Origin: Schmidtea nova
Taxonomy: Eukaryota
Assembly (NCBI GenBank): GCA_044892505.1
Contig: CM097882.1
Coordinates: 394,382,001-394,446,000 of the forward strand
Direction: 5' to 3'
DNA length: 64,000 nt
Of the stretch, positions 63,413 to 64,000 are shown in pieces. Both the position numbers and the translations under genes were made by a program. How positions within the stretch are numbered: the first letter of the stretch is position 1; each line of letters starts with the position of its first letter. The notes beneath the pieces were generated by a model, which saw only the letters and a program-made list of their open reading frames with translations, searched no databases and was not told the DNA's origin.

Positions 63413-64000
63413 CACGTGGTTTCGTACAATAAAAGTTTTTATAATATAAGTTAACAATTATCAATAGCAAAATGAAAACTTACGTTGATGTTAAATTTTG
63501 ATTTTGCATAGTTTAAAAGATTTATTATGTGACAGACAAATTGGAAGAAAAAAATATACAAACACAAAATACAATGGAAATTTCATGCAAAATTTTAAGG
63601 GTACATTATGTTACGCGATTAAAAGGGCTATAATAAATTTATTTATTTTTAAAATATGGTTTTTTGGTAAATATTTGGAATATTTCATAGTGTAGTTGTC
63701 GCGAAAATGGATAAATTGCATCGCAAGTTTTATTTTAATGAATTTTAATGTAAAATTTCATATATTTCCGAAAATTATATTGCAAAATTGTTCCGTTTTC
63801 AGTAGCTAAAAAATTATCACCTCTAATAATTTTCAAATTATAGACAATTAAACATATCTACACTGCCATTTATAAAATTTTGGAATCTCAGATAGTGCAG
63901 GACAATAAAATTTACAATGCTTGAAATAAAAATTAAACTTAAATAAATTTTTTCTTGGAATATCCAAAAAAATATTTTAGAAATAAATAGAAAATTTTTA
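63413..64000. mobile_element. Second, diverged copy of the TA-flanked TIR element (runs off window)
   Basis: Starts TA|CACGTGGTTTC and is colinear with 62143-62715. Confidence 0.8.

Noticed and set aside
62480-63960. Receptor L-domain-like words (NLKIIRG) in the terminal repeats
   Set aside because: Too short, frameshifted between copies and inside a TIR element. Not supportable without a profile search.
1-64000. Assigning the host species
   Set aside because: AT-richness, short introns and TE content fit several invertebrate lineages. The sequence alone does not identify the organism.

Overview
AT-rich eukaryotic, probably invertebrate, genomic DNA with four assembly gaps. Most of the window is decayed, often nested transposons. 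LTR retrotransposons: BEL/Pao; two related Ty3/gypsy copies; a CsRn1-like element with ~970-bp LTRs; four members of a compact short-LTR gypsy-like family; and a gypsy with AGTT...AACT LTRs. DNA transposons: several hAT types, piggyBac, mariner and TA-flanked TIR elements. Between them run + strand exons with GT-AG boundaries, mostly phase 1, encoding canonical and divergent kringle modules, a two-exon C-type lectin domain that the ORF track misses, and a hydrophobic C-terminal tail. These are probably one large mosaic surface-protein gene or a tandem cluster. The most unusual items are: (i) a co-oriented, near in-frame chimera of processed beta-tubulin, ubiquitin and BEL Gag at 1-2.8 kb; (ii) the compact LTR family, which has no TGG-type primer-binding site but a conserved AGCTA(TCG) right after the 5' LTR, and which carries both a -1 slippery site and a TAATG stop-start at gag/pol; (iii) the kringle/C-type-lectin gene itself. 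No prokaryotic features, rRNA, tRNA genes or CRISPR arrays were found. Everything was read by eye; family assignments come from recalled motifs and need database confirmation.
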